NCBI GenBank assembly: GCA_031835245.2 | Contig: JAVKOQ020000016.1 | Location: 1-64,000 of the forward strand | Length of the DNA: 64,000 bases | Source of the DNA: Balamuthia mandrillaris | Lineage: Eukaryota | Direction: 5' to 3' | Part shown: positions 12,548 to 24,328 of the stretch, in pieces | Layout of the letters: each line of letters opens with the position of its first letter | Position numbering within the stretch: position 1 is the stretch's first letter | Program-made: the position numbers and the translations under genes | Notes under the pieces: generated by a model | The model's input: the letters and a program-made list of their open reading frames with translations, nothing else | Told to the model about the DNA's origin: nothing | Database searches by the model: none

Positions 12548-13946
12548 TTATGAAAAAAGCTTAACGTAGGAACGAACGACATCCAACGTCCTTCCACTGC
12601 GAAGAAGGTCCCTTGCCATCCGCACACCTTCCGACATGCTGTCGCAAAGTTGGAGGACAAAGAGAGCTGCTCCCACGTTCAACAAAAAGAATGTTTCCAG
12701 CCCTTTCATTCCATTTCCTTCTTCGCTTTGAGAAGATGTGCTGCGAAGAAACCGAAGGAACATCTCTGCGTTCTTTGATGGAGTGTCTCCCGCAATGTCA
12801 TCCGGAGAGCAGGCCTCCAACCCAAAGTCCTTTGGATGGATTTCCCATTCACGAATGCTCTTATTCCTCGGTTTTGAAGTTTCGCGTTCATACTCTTCTT
12901 CTTCTTCCTCTTCTATCATCCAAACTTTGGTGGCTCCACACGGTGTTATCTCGTCCAAGCCATCGTACGAATGTACCACCATCGCTCGTTTGACGTGTTC
13001 CTAAAAAACGACCGTTAAACGGAAGAAAAGAGCAGCAACTAAGCAGAGAAGCAAAGAAGCAGAGAGAGAGAGAGAGAGAGAGAGAGAATAGACTTTCACG
13101 CGAAGTGAGAAGAGTGAAGCAGAAGAGAAGCAAGCAAAAAAGAGAGAACAGTTACGAGCAATGAGAATAGGTAGAGAATGATAGAACGAGAAAAACAGAA
13201 TGAAGGGAAGAGTGACCTTTTGTTGAAGAGCAGCAGCGTAAAGAGGAGCAAGAGAGGCATGACCAACGCCAACCAACATATGGGTAGGCCGGGCGGGATT
13301 GACCAGCGGTCCCAAAAGGTTGAACACTGTCCGAACACCGATCTCTTTGCGAACCATTCCCACTGACTTCATCGCTGGATGAAAGCTTTGTGCGAACAAG
13401 AAGCCAAAACCACATTTCTTCACTGCCTGTTAAGTATGTTTTGTAAGCACAAAAGGAAAAGAAGAAGAAGAAGAAGAAGAAGAAGAAGAAGAAGAAGAAG
13501 AAGAAGAAGAAGAAGAAGAAGAACAAGAAGAAGAACAAGAAGAAGAAGAAGAAGAAGAAGAAGAAGAAGAAGAAGAAGAAGAACAAGAACAAGAACAAGA
13601 ACAAGAACAAGAACAAGAACAAGAACAAGAACAAGAAGAACATGAAGAAGAACAAGAGAAGAAGCAGAAAAAGAAGAAGAAGAAGAAGAAGAAGAAGAAG
13701 AAGAAGAAGAAGAAGAAGAAGAAGAAGAAGAAGAAGAAGAAGAAGAAGGAGAAGAACAAGAAGAACAAGAAGAAGAACATGAAGAAGAAGAAGAAGAGCA
13801 AAAGAGAACGTGACAAAGCTGTTCGCTGGAAAGATGAAGTGGAGCGCCAAGAGCCTCTATTAGGTCAGCACTGCCGCAGCGACCGGAGGAAGAGCGGTTG
13901 CCATGTTTTGCCACTCTGCATTTGCCACTCGATGCCACCACGCTTT

Positions 13947-13985
<39 letters not shown>

Positions 13986-14009
13986 TGAGAAGAGAGAAAG
14001 AAAGAAGAC

Positions 14010-14045
<36 letters not shown>

Positions 14046-14415
14046 ATTACAAAGCAGCAGCAGTGGAAATGTTAAACGTGTCATAGCCGTCGCCGCCGGT
14101 GCCAACCACGTCCAACACTTTGACCGTGCCTCCCTCCGACAGGTCCTCACATGGGACCGCAAACGACTCCATGGCCTCAGCGCAGGAGAGCAGCAACCGC
14201 GGGGAGGACTCGATCACGCGGGAGCACTGCAGCGCCACGAGAAAGGAGCCGATCAAAGAGGGAGGCACCTGCCCTGAGATGATTTCACGCAAGCAGGTGG
14301 CCAGCTGCTCGGCGGAGAGAGGCATGGCAAGATCTCCGTCCGTGGAGGAGGAGGACCCGCTTTGGTTGTGGTCCATCAGCAGCCGAAGACATCGGCGTGT
14401 TTCGCTGTCGTTCAT
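12548..14415 (-). CDS. trpD: Anthranilate phosphoribosyltransferase
   Basis: [59 protein letters not shown] and DGLDEI across 4 exons. Confidence 0.95.
13455..13800. repeat. (GAA)n/(GAACAA)n compound microsatellite in a trpD intron (representative of many)
   Basis: Direct inspection; similar tracts at about 470-730, 1650-1850, 2830-3170, 29460-29600 and 58180-58380. Confidence 0.95.
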
Positions 14416-14877
14416 TTTAATTTTTTTTTTGTGAGTTATTTTCATGTCGTCCTGGCATGTCTCACCGCTGCCTCCAGTTCGACTCCCAATATTGTCAGCC
14501 TGCTATTCGGACAAAGTAGTGCACAATTACTCAAGAAGTTGTGCAGGGTTTTATTGTGACGTCATCGTGAATAGATCTGTGACGTCACATTTTAGATCTT
14601 CGCCTTGTATTAAGGTCGACACTTGGGTATTTTCACTTCTGTCACAGTTCTTTACTGGGAATGAGCCTGAGGGTGCATTCATTTGGTATAGACCTGAGGA
14701 GCACTTACTTACTATTATACATCTGTTACCTAGCAACATACTGCGAATGTTTTACTGGAAAAATCTTTTTTATCGCAGCCTGTACAACGCCAAAATGGTG
14801 GCAGAGATGGCAAATCCGCCAATTCAGCGGATAAGTTGCCAAAAAGGACAAAAAAAATTAAAAGGGGGAAAAAAAAC

Positions 14878-15228
14878 ATGAACGCGGTGAAGCGGGAGGA
14901 CGTTGTTTGTGCGCCGCAAGAAGTTGATGGTTTTGTTTTTTCAAGCCTCTGGGAGGAAATGAAAAAACGCATGGTGGAAAAAGGAACCCGTCTTCCTGTC
15001 AAGGTGGCTGCGCGAATTCCTCCTTCTTTCTACACCTCGATTTGGGGTTATGAGCTGGAGCATACCTACACAACAGCAGCAGAGTTTGCCGCCTCGCCGT
15101 TTTCTTCTGCTATGCCGCACAAAGCGTTTGGAGCTGGAGGACAAGCTGCCTATGCAAAAATTGCACCGCCTGTCTCGGTCAAGTATAACAAGGAAAAGCC
15201 ATTCTTCTGCATGCTCCAAGACAATTAA
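14878..15228 (+). CDS. Hypothetical protein (about 116 aa), intronless
   Basis: ATG after an A-rich leader and non-repetitive protein-like composition; overlaps the antisense Zn-finger ORF. Confidence 0.35.
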   Translation: MNAVKREDVVCAPQEVDGFVFSSLWEEMKKRMVEKGTRLPVKVAARIPPSFYTSIWGYELEHTYTTAAEFAASPFSSAMPHKAFGAGGQAAYAKIAPPVSVKYNKEKPFFCMLQDN

Positions 15229-15816
15229 AAACTCGCGGCGATTGAAACGACTCTTCTTGACTCGCTGAGCAAAAGTCGAGCATCCTTTCTTATCTGAAAC
15301 AAGGTGAATTCCCATCTTTTCTAATCGTTGAGTTAACAAATCAGCAAGCCATCCTTTTCGGTCTATCCACACTAACTCGATTGTTTTGTTTAACAACTTG
15401 CGGCATCGTTGTTCTTCTTCTTTTTCTGCTCTCTTCTTTGCTATGCTTTTGCACAGTGTGCACTGATCAGGTAAGCATTTGTGCTCCTTCTTCTCATGTT
15501 CTCCTCTTGCACTTGTTGATGAGAATTCTCGTCCGCAGATATGATGTCTACATTCAAAAGAAGGCTGTTGCTCTTGTTCATGGTCATCATCACTGCTCTT
15601 CTCCTCCATTCTCTCTTTCTTTTGACATGGAACTTCAACGCACGTATTGCATATGCCTTTTTTCTTTCGGCATGGATGTGTCCGTTGTCCAGCAGTCTCA
15701 TGTCGGTTTATATCTCTACTGTCCTTGCCGCGATAGCGCAGTCCGTTAACAGCAAAGCATTTAACGTGTGTACAGTCAAATGGTGGCTCACGTTTTTTTT
15801 TAGGACGGCGCTTCAT
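14941..15816 (-). CDS. Cys/His-rich putative zinc-finger protein, intronless
   Basis: Two Cx4C...H..H-x-C..C..C units (FDCTHVKC..RHE..THPC..CNTC; FECRHHICGREFSS..HEKKEHKC..CTLC), basic N-terminus MKRRPKKKR, GTCGAC motif about 190 bp upstream. Confidence 0.55.
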   Translation of the reverse strand: MKRRPKKKREPPFDCTHVKCFAVNGLRYRGKDSRDINRHETAGQRTHPCRKKKGICNTCVEVPCQKKERMEEKSSDDDHEQEQQPSFECRHHICGREFSSTSARGEHEKKEHKCLPDQCTLCKSIAKKRAEKEEEQRCRKLLNKTIELVWIDRKGWLADLLTQRLEKMGIHLVSDKKGCSTFAQRVKKSRFNRREFLIVLEHAEEWLFLVILDRDRRCNFCIGSLSSSSKRFVRHSRRKRRGGKLCCCCVGMLQLITPNRGVERRRNSRSHLDRKTGSFFHHAFFHFLPEA

Positions 15817-16075
15817 GTTTTTTTTGTCCCTGTTTTTGTTTGGTGTTGCTTCTGTTTGTTTGTTGTCCGTTTGCTTTTTATTTCATATTATTAAACTTTA
15901 TTTACAAAAAATCCGAAGAATGTAAAGATTGTACTCAAATCGATAATGTGGAAAAATCTCATTTCTAAGAAATTTCCAGCAAGAACACAGTCAAAATATT
16001 AGTATTTGTCGACGTCGGCGAAAATAGATTTGTGTACTATCGCAGTGTTTTCCCCCCATTGCGAATAAATGTTGC

Positions 16076-18287
16076 TCAATCCACCAAAACGGACCACTCC
16101 TGGGGCGGTCGCTCGCCGTGCTGGATGGCTTGCAGCGTCTCCCAGATCTCCAGCGTCATGTCCCCCGCCTTGCCGCTCGATCCCAATGGGAACTCGTACT
16201 CCTGATTTTTTGTTTGGAAATGCGTTGTTGGTTAATTTGGTTTTGTCCCATTGTTTACCAGAAACAAAAGAGAAGGAAAGAAACGACAAGAAAGAAAGAA
16301 ACGACAAGAAACGACAAGAATGAAAGAAAGAAAGAAACGACAAGAAAGAAACGGCAAGATAAAATAAAAATAAAAGAAAAATAAAAATAGAAAGCACCAA
16401 CCTTTCCTTTATAGCTAACCGACTTGACAGGGGAGACCACAGCAGCGGTGCCCGTGCCAAACACTTCGATCACCCTGCCGGCCTCGCTGGCCTCCACCAG
16501 CTCCTTCATGGTAAAAGGCCGTTCGGTGACGCGAAGGCGGTCCGCCCCTTTCTGTCGCATCAGCTGAAGCACGGAATCACGGGTCACTCCCGGAAGGATC
16601 AACCCGTTCTCTGAGACGGGAGCGGTGATAAGTTCTCTTTCGCCTGTTATATATGGATTTTTGTTACATAGATAAAGAAAAAAAAAAGAAAAAGAAAGAA
16701 AGGAAAGAAAGGACAACTAAGACAAAAACAAACCATTTTGGTTGATCCAAAGCACAAACAAGTTCATGGTGCCGACTTCGGTGATTTGGTGGTCGTCACC
16801 AAACAGCCAAAGGATCTGCTGGAAGCCCTTCTTCTCAGCCTCCGATTGAGCCAACACAGTCGACGCATAATTGCTTTTGAATAAGGAAGAATAGATCAAA
16901 TCAAAGTGTTCATAATGAGAGGAGGAATAGAAGAAGAAGAAGAAGAAGAAGAAGAAGAAGAAGAAGAAGAAGAAGAAGAAGAAGAAGAAGAACAAGAACA
17001 AGAAGAACAAGAAGAAGAGATAAAAACGAAACAATTGAAGAAAAGAATGATAAAGAAGAGCAAAAAAGCATACCCTCCGATCTTGGCGCTGCCAGTGCCT
17101 CCAGGCCAGGCACGAACGTACTTATCATCAGCCAGTAAACGAATTGGCTTCCATCCGGTTTTATAGTAGGGACCCACAGGGGAGAGAATGATGAAGAACA
17201 GCGCCTCGCTGGCGGGAGCAATGCCCAAAGTGGGTTGAGTCCCGATGACGGTGGGACGGATGTAGAGGGAGTATCCTTTGCCATTAGGAACCCAGTCTCG
17301 GTCTACTTTGATGAGTTCTTTCAGACATTCCAAAGCTTCTTTCTCGTCAAAGCCCTTTGAATGAAACGATGAGACATGTTATGGTAGAAAAAACAAACGG
17401 TGATGGAGCAGAAGTAGAAGCAGAAGGCAACGACACAGGTAAGAAGCACAAGAAGAAAAAAGACAAATACCGGCAGCATCAGGCGTTGGCAAGAGCGATG
17501 GAGACGCTTCATGTTTTCCTCAGGACGAAACAGCCGCACCTTGCCTTGGCTGTCACGATAAGCCTTCAGCCCATCAAAGCACTTTTTTGATCCATTGAGA
17601 AGAGAAGAGAACCAGAGAATGAGAGAAGAGGAGAGCGAAGCAAATGAGTGAAGAAAGAAGAGAAAAAGAGAGAACGAGGGAAGCAGAGGAGTGGAAAATG
17701 AAAACGGTGAAGAGAAGCGGAGGAGAAGAGCAGAGAGAGTCAGTGCTCCGCTATCAACGAAAAGGGAGGGTGCGAAACGAAGTGAAAACCTCAAGGCCGT
17801 AATGGAAGACCACACAAGAGGGATCCAGCTCCAACTTACGATACGGCGCCACGAGAGGGGCCTCCCAGCCCTTGGCCTTGCTCCACTTGACGGTGAGCAT
17901 GTGGTCGGTGAAGTTGGCACCAAAGGTCAGGTCCTCATTCTTGGGCTTAGCCTTGGGAGTGTTGGTTCTTTGTACTTTCAAATCTTTTGCCTGTTAACGT
18001 TGTTTGTTTGTTTGTTTGTTTAATTTTTTGTTTGTTGTCCATCAAGATCGAATCGAAAAAAGTTAATGTGATGGAAAAAAAAAAGTAGTGGAGAAAAAAA
18101 AAACAACCTGAAAAGTAGCGGCGGTGGTAGCGGCAGTGGAAAAGAGGCGTGCTCTTCCGCCCGAAGTCCCTCTTGAGAACAACGGCAAGGTGGACGATGG
18201 CAGCGGCGGTGCGGCCGATGAAGATGCTCCACGCAACCAAGAGAAGGCAGTCGCTGCTGCTGCTGTGGTGCTGCTACTTCTTCTCAT
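16076..18287 (-). CDS. Branched-chain amino acid aminotransferase, mitochondrial-type
   Basis: [63 protein letters not shown] and [12 protein letters not shown]; last exon EYEFP...WSVLVD*; N-terminal presequence. Confidence 0.95.
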
Positions 18288-18744
18288 TCTTTTTTTTTTT
18301 TTGGATTTATTTTTTTGTAATTTTTTTTCTTCTTTTTATTTTCATACTTTTCCTATTAGATGTACATCATACCTGTTTGGATACCACCATCATACCTTTC
18401 ATGCCTAATATGGTTTAGTAAATTTGTCTATTATGATGGCATGTAATAGAATATTATGTATTAGGTTTTTTACATCTATTAGAAAATATTGTCAACCCAT
18501 TAGGTTTGGACAGCAAAAACAAATGAATGCATTGAACGAGGAGAGAGAATCTTCCTCCTCTCGCCCGCTCCACCTCTCTTCTTCCTTGATGTCTTGCAAC
18601 ACAACATTTCCGCGAGGAAAAAATCCAAGCACTACCCAGGAGAACTGAGCAGCCGAGACATGAAAGAAAAGGAACGAAAAAACAAAAGAAAGAATGGATG
18701 TTTAAAACACACACATTTTTTTTCATCCACAAGCTACCATCGAG

Positions 18745-20151
18745 TTAATGAGCGATCCTACTGTGGTGCTCACAGGTACACCCATTTGCTTTGGCCCATT
18801 GCAACACCTCCAAATGGCCCATCTGCATGGCATAGTGGCAAGTCGCTTCATCCCAAGGACATCCATTCTCTCTCGCCCATTGCAGCACTTCCATATGGCC
18901 CCCCAGAGCAGCCCGGGTGGTGGTTTGTTTGTCCCAAGGACATCCATTCTCTCTCGCCCATTTTAGCACTTCCAAATGGCCGCGAATGGCAGCGGAGCTG
19001 CAGGTCCGCTTGTTCCAAGGACATCCATTCTCTCTCGCCCATTGCAGCACTTCCAGATGGCCACTTTCAGCTGCGCCGGTGCAGGTGTGTTCATCCCAAG
19101 AACATCCGTTCTCTCTCGCCCATTTTAGCACTTCCAGATGGCCGTGAATGGCAGCGGAGCTGCAAATCTGCTTGTTCCAAGGGCATCCATTCTCTCTCGC
19201 CCATTTCAGCACTTCCAGATGGCCACCTTCAGCTGCGCTGGTGCAGGTATCTTCATCCCAAGGGCATCCATTCGCTCTCGCCCATTTCAGCACTTCCAGA
19301 TGACCACTTTCAGCTGCGCCGGTGCAGATGTATTCATCCCAAGGACATCCATGTGCCCTCAACCATTTCAGCACTTCCAAAAGACCCCTGGAGGCTGCAT
19401 AGGTGGTGGTCTCTTTGTCCCACGGGCATCCATTCTCCCTCGCCCATTGCAGCACGTCCAGATGGCTGCTCGCGGCAGCAGCGGTGCACACGCTTTCATC
19501 CCAGGGACAACCGTTGGCTCTTGCCCATTGCAACATTCCCAGGTCTCCCCTTGAAGCAGCCGCAATGCAAACCTTTTCATTCCAAGGACATCCATGCGCC
19601 CTCAACCATTTCAGAACTTCCAAATGGCCACCCTTGGCAGCATTGCTGCAGGCCCGCTTGTTCCAAGGACTTCTATTTTCTCTCGCCCATTGCAGGACCT
19701 CCAACTGGCCTTTCCTCGCTGCAAAAGAGCATACTTTCTTGTTCCAAGGGCATCCGTTCTTTCTGGCCCATTGCAACACCTCCAACTGGCCCTGTTCAGC
19801 CGCCAAGGCGCAAACCTCCTCACTCCAAGGGCATCCGTTCTCTCTGGCCCACCGCAAGACTTCCAACTGGCCCTGTTCAGCCGCCAAGGAACAAACCTCC
19901 TCGTTCCAAGAGCATCCGTTCTCTCTGGCCCATTGCAAGGCAGACAAGGAAGAACAGGCCCATCGCAGGGAGAGTTTCTGGCGAAGGGGAGGAGGGCTGC
20001 AGGCGTACCACCTCCGACAGGTCCTTGCCGCCGCCGCCACGCTGTCTTTGGGCAAGAAGTCCAAGGTCAGGCTGAGAAGTTCCTCCGGTAGCTGCTCTTC
20101 CACCCAGCAGCGCTCGCCCCGGTCTGTCTGCTTGCCGTTCCAGCTGGCCAT
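18745..20151 (-). CDS. F-box-like plus ankyrin-repeat protein (GHLEVLQWARENGCPWD family), intronless
   Basis: N-terminal LPEELLSLTLDFLP..AARTCRRW followed by about 16 tandem 25-aa (75-bp) repeats. Confidence 0.9.
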   Translation of the reverse strand: MASWNGKQTDRGERCWVEEQLPEELLSLTLDFLPKDSVAAAARTCRRWYACSPPPLRQKLSLRWACSSLSALQWARENGCSWNEEVCSLAAEQGQLEVLRWARENGCPWSEEVCALAAEQGQLEVLQWARKNGCPWNKKVCSFAARKGQLEVLQWARENRSPWNKRACSNAAKGGHLEVLKWLRAHGCPWNEKVCIAAASRGDLGMLQWARANGCPWDESVCTAAAASSHLDVLQWARENGCPWDKETTTYAASRGLLEVLKWLRAHGCPWDEYICTGAAESGHLEVLKWARANGCPWDEDTCTSAAEGGHLEVLKWARENGCPWNKQICSSAAIHGHLEVLKWARENGCSWDEHTCTGAAESGHLEVLQWARENGCPWNKRTCSSAAIRGHLEVLKWARENGCPWDKQTTTRAALGGHMEVLQWARENGCPWDEATCHYAMQMGHLEVLQWAKANGCTCEHHSRIAH

Positions 20152-20654
20152 AACGCTTCAGTTCACTTGACTGCTGTGGAAGCCAAAGGGTGGAGGAAAC
20201 CATTTGACGAGACTAACAAACAAACGGATGCACTTGTGTCGGCTGAAACACTTTTGGCCTTGGCTTTATCCAAAGAACTTTTTAAACCACGGCCAAGGCT
20301 TGATTCTTCCGTTTCCATCTCAGGCGGGTCAGCGGACGGGCAGCGCTTGGTGACACTACGTATGGTTACGAACAGCGTTAGGTGTTCGGTAGTGTTCTAT
20401 CTTGCTTTCCGAACACCTAACACTGTAAACCAGCAGGAGCAGACAAAACCAAGGAACCAGGTCACGCTTCAAACTCTCTCCCTTTATTCTCTTTGCTTGT
20501 CCTTCTCTGTTGGTCTCTTGATTATCTTTTTTGTGGTGGGCGCTCACCTCTTCGCCTTGTCTTACCGGCGTCCTTTCTCTTGGTCTGGCTTTGTCTGTTT
20601 ATCTCCTGTAATATCGAGTGTTCAAAGCAGCCCGATCAACTGCCGGAGAACTGG

Positions 20655-20735
20655 AGCTGCGCAGGCGCAGGCGTTCATCCCAAGGGCATCCGTGTGCCCT
20701 CAACCATTGCAAAACTTCCAAATGGCCTTGTTTGA
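20655..20735 (-). pseudogene. Isolated, frameshifted single ankyrin-repeat remnant
   Basis: Minus strand reads KQGHLEVLQWLRAHGCPWDE and the expected ACACAA continues in another frame; no surrounding ORF. Confidence 0.7.
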
Positions 20736-20874
20736 TTGTCTTTCCTCATCACCAAAACGAAAACAAAGTTGTTGGATTGGTGCATTGACAACAAACGTCT
20801 TCCAGTTTAGAGTGAGATAAGAGAAGTACTTTGTCCTTTCGCAAAAACGATGCAACACCTGAAGGACAGCGTTG

Positions 20875-21187
20875 TCAACAAAGATGGTTCATGATCCATT
20901 CCCACAAGTTATCGATGTTGTACTCATCTCCACTGCACTCAAGCGCCTCTTTGAAAGTGGCGGCATGAAAGCCGCAAACGTATCCACGTTTGCATTCTTC
21001 GGTGGAGCATGGATGAAGGCCATTGTAGCGCGTGTAATGAACGTTATACCATTGCTGAAAGTCGGCATCGCTGCTGTTCAATCGGAGGGCCAAGTTTTGC
21101 CATTCGGAGGGGGACATGGAGGAGAGGCGGAAATATTCTTTAGCAGAGTAACTCTTTTGCCATTTTGGTGATCCTCCGTTCTCATCT

Positions 21188-21237
<50 letters not shown>

Positions 21238-21702
21238 AATGAGGATGCTAAAGGAAATAGAAAGAAAGCATAACAAGTGAACGAAATGAAATAAGTACAT
21301 GTTTGATGAAGGTCAGTATAATACTGAGTGTAGTCAAGGACTTCAGACGAACTTCTGTCATAGGAGAAGACTCGGAAGGAAGGATTGATTTTCGTGTAAG
21401 TGGTCACTGATGGAGCAGTATAGGCAACATTTATCGGACTTCCTCCCTTTTTATCGTAATACAAACCGAACTGTTGCATGGGAAGAGATATGTTAAGGGA
21501 GAACAAGAGAATGAAGACTAAAGAGAAAGTATGGAAAGTAACCGAGTCTTTGTGGGTGTGTCCATAGAATTGACCGGCAATAATGGATGAATACTTTCTA
21601 ACCAAAACTTCCACTTTAGCAGCATAACCATAAAGACATGTCGAATCCCCTTTTTCGAAAAGAACAACAATTGTTAGACAGAATCGAGAAGAGAAATGAA
21701 GA

Positions 21703-21733
<31 letters not shown>

Positions 21734-22180
21734 ACCAACCAAAAGGAATGTGACCGATAATATAGACTTGTTCCTTTTGAGCATAAGCGTTGCTTAATAC
21801 TCCTTGCAACCACGAAAGTTGGTCTGCTGGGTCCGTAAAGTTGGCAATTAACTGTAGCATAACATCATGTAAAAAATCAGCAAACGAAGAAGGAAAAAAG
21901 CAAGGAATGAAGAAGACATGACTAACCCAAAAGTTCATGATATCACAATATTGGGTGTTGAGAGAGACAAGGCGAAGTCCCGGTTTTACCAACGTCGTAT
22001 AATATCCTCCTTTCACAAAGGTGGCAAGAGCGTCTTTGTCCAACCATGTAGAAAAGAAAGAAGCCAGTGGCTTCATCAACCATTCGTTACGAGGGGGGCT
22101 TGGGAACTGATCTACTGGAAAAGATTCATGGTTGCCTTTTTTGTGTCGAATATGTTTTGTTAGTGACGTTTACGTAAAAC

Positions 22181-22217
<37 letters not shown>

Positions 22218-24131
22218 AAACAAGAGAAGAGAGAGAAAGAGAAAATACCGAGAGCAGGAAAGACAGGAACAGTGGGAAAGCTTTCTTTGATAATATCTAC
22301 AACTCTTTTGGTTCGTTCGATTTGCATCTGTTGGTTTTCATTCCAAATGTCGTGTGGAGGATTGTCTCTGAATATGTGCAAGTACGTTCGTGAGTTAACA
22401 ACAAAAATACAAAAAAAAAGAAGAGAAGCAGAGAAGATGAGATGGGGGCAGGAGAAGAGAGATGAGAAGAATGAAGCAAAAATAGAAGTAAAGGAAGGTA
22501 AAAAAGCAAAGAAAAGCTACAAGAAAGAGCAGATACCCGGTCCAAATGATAAAGTCGAGCTCAAGACTCATAGAAGAGTTGATGGTGGCGAGCATTTGGG
22601 TGAAGAGCGATTCCGGGATGTCGCAATTGTATTCTCCCCATTCGCGTGCTGTTCCCTCGCCATAAACTTCTCTGCAACAAAGAGGAATATCGCAGTCAAC
22701 GTTTGTTCCCACCTTTTTAGCACTTTGTTGTTAGTCTTATTTTCAACAAAAAACAACTGAAAACAAGCAATACCCAAAGAAACAAAGACAAAGACAAAAA
22801 TACAAACCTGGTATTCAGGATCGACGTGAATGTCAGTCAATTGCAAGAACGATCCAACTCCAGCGGAAGGAATGGAACGCAGCAAAGAGGGAGAGCCCCA
22901 CTCCAACTTCTCTTGAAACATCGCCTTCCACTTTTGCTCGTTAGCCTTTCTCTGTTGAAGAACCGATTTGGCTAAAGGCGGCGGAACGTGGATAACGTCC
23001 TTGTCCTTCTCCTCTGCTTCTCCTTTTGCTTTGGTGAGAGCGGAAGCAGGACAGAAGAGAAAGTGAACGCAAATCTCTTCCGCGGAGATGAAGCGAGAGA
23101 GCAAAACTTCGATGACTTCAGGTCCAAACTCGGAAGCCACTCCATTACACTTTATAGTGCGAACAATATTAAACAAAAAGAAAGAAAAATAGAAACAAAG
23201 AAACAAAAAGAAGTTTAATAAAGAAAAAGAAAAATAGAAAAGAAAATGAAATGAAAATGAAAAATGAAAATGAAAAAGAAAAAGAGAAAGAGAAAGAGAA
23301 AGAGAAACGACGAAAGAGAAAGAGAAAGAGCAAGAGAAACGACGAAAGAGAAAGAGCAAGAGCAAGAGCAAGAGCAAGAGCAAAAGAAAAGAAAAAGAAA
23401 AAGAAAAAGAAAAAGAAAAAGAAAAAGAAAAAGAAAAAGAAAAAGAAAAAGAAAAAGAAAAGAAAACAAGAAAAGAAAGAAATAACAAAAGAAAGAAAGA
23501 AAAACAAACCACAAGATCCGGATAAATATTCAAAAAAATGCATATCTGAGCAAAGAAGTACTCGAGTTCGGTCTCCGTGGCGTTGGTTTCGATCAAACCC
23601 TTGAACACTCCCACGAAGAATTTGCACACCTCACAAGTGAGTGGAGGCTGTTTTGTTGGCACCTTTGTTTTGTAGTTTTGTTGTTTAACAGAGCAGAAAA
23701 GAAAGAAAGAAACGACAAGAAGGAAGGAAGGAAGGAAGGAAGGAAGGAAGGAAGGAAGGAAGGAAGGAAGGAAAGAAAGAAGGAAAGAAACGACAAAAAG
23801 AAAGAAAGAAAGAAAGAAAGAAAGAAACGACAAGAAACGACAAGAAACGACAAGAAAGAAACGACAAGAAAGAAACGACAAGAAAGAAAGGAAGCAAAGA
23901 AAGAAGGATGAAAAGACAAGAAAGGAAGCAACGACCAACCGTTTGTGGAACAACGGTCCAGTTCTGCTTGGCAGCGAATTCTCTGTACAGCGCATTCACG
24001 TCGATTTTTGTCGGATCCTTGGCATGAGCGCCGGTCTTCGTCTTGGAGGCAGCTCCTGCTGCCCCCGAGGCGAACGTGGAGGCAAAGACCACCACCACCA
24101 GCAACACAAGCAGCAAGCTTAACTTGCGCAT
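20875..24131 (-). CDS. Acid sphingomyelinase-like phosphodiesterase with saposin B domain (SMPD1 family)
   Basis: Signal peptide, saposin CEVC..C..C..C..C pattern, metallophosphoesterase motifs DIHVD, TGDNPPHD, GNHE, GHIP, GHTH, and APSVTTY/NPSFRVF. Confidence 0.93.
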
Positions 24132-24328
24132 AACGTTTTCTTTTCTTTTCTTTACAATTTTTTCTATTTATTTTCTTTTATTTTCTTTTTTATTTTCGAA
24201 TTATTATCCATTAATTTTCGATAAAATGAAATTTTTTGATTTTCGATTGGTGAATACTATTTTGTCGACAGTGTATTTGATCTTCCATTGGTCCCATGCT
24301 TTCAAATGATAATTATTTATCGTAACAA

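Noticed and set aside
18800..19950. 75-bp periodic array as a possible CRISPR
   Set aside because: Coding tandem repeats with no unique spacers and no cas genes, in a eukaryotic context.
18594..20075. 493-aa plus-strand repetitive ORF
   Set aside because: Antisense shadow of the ankyrin-repeat gene.
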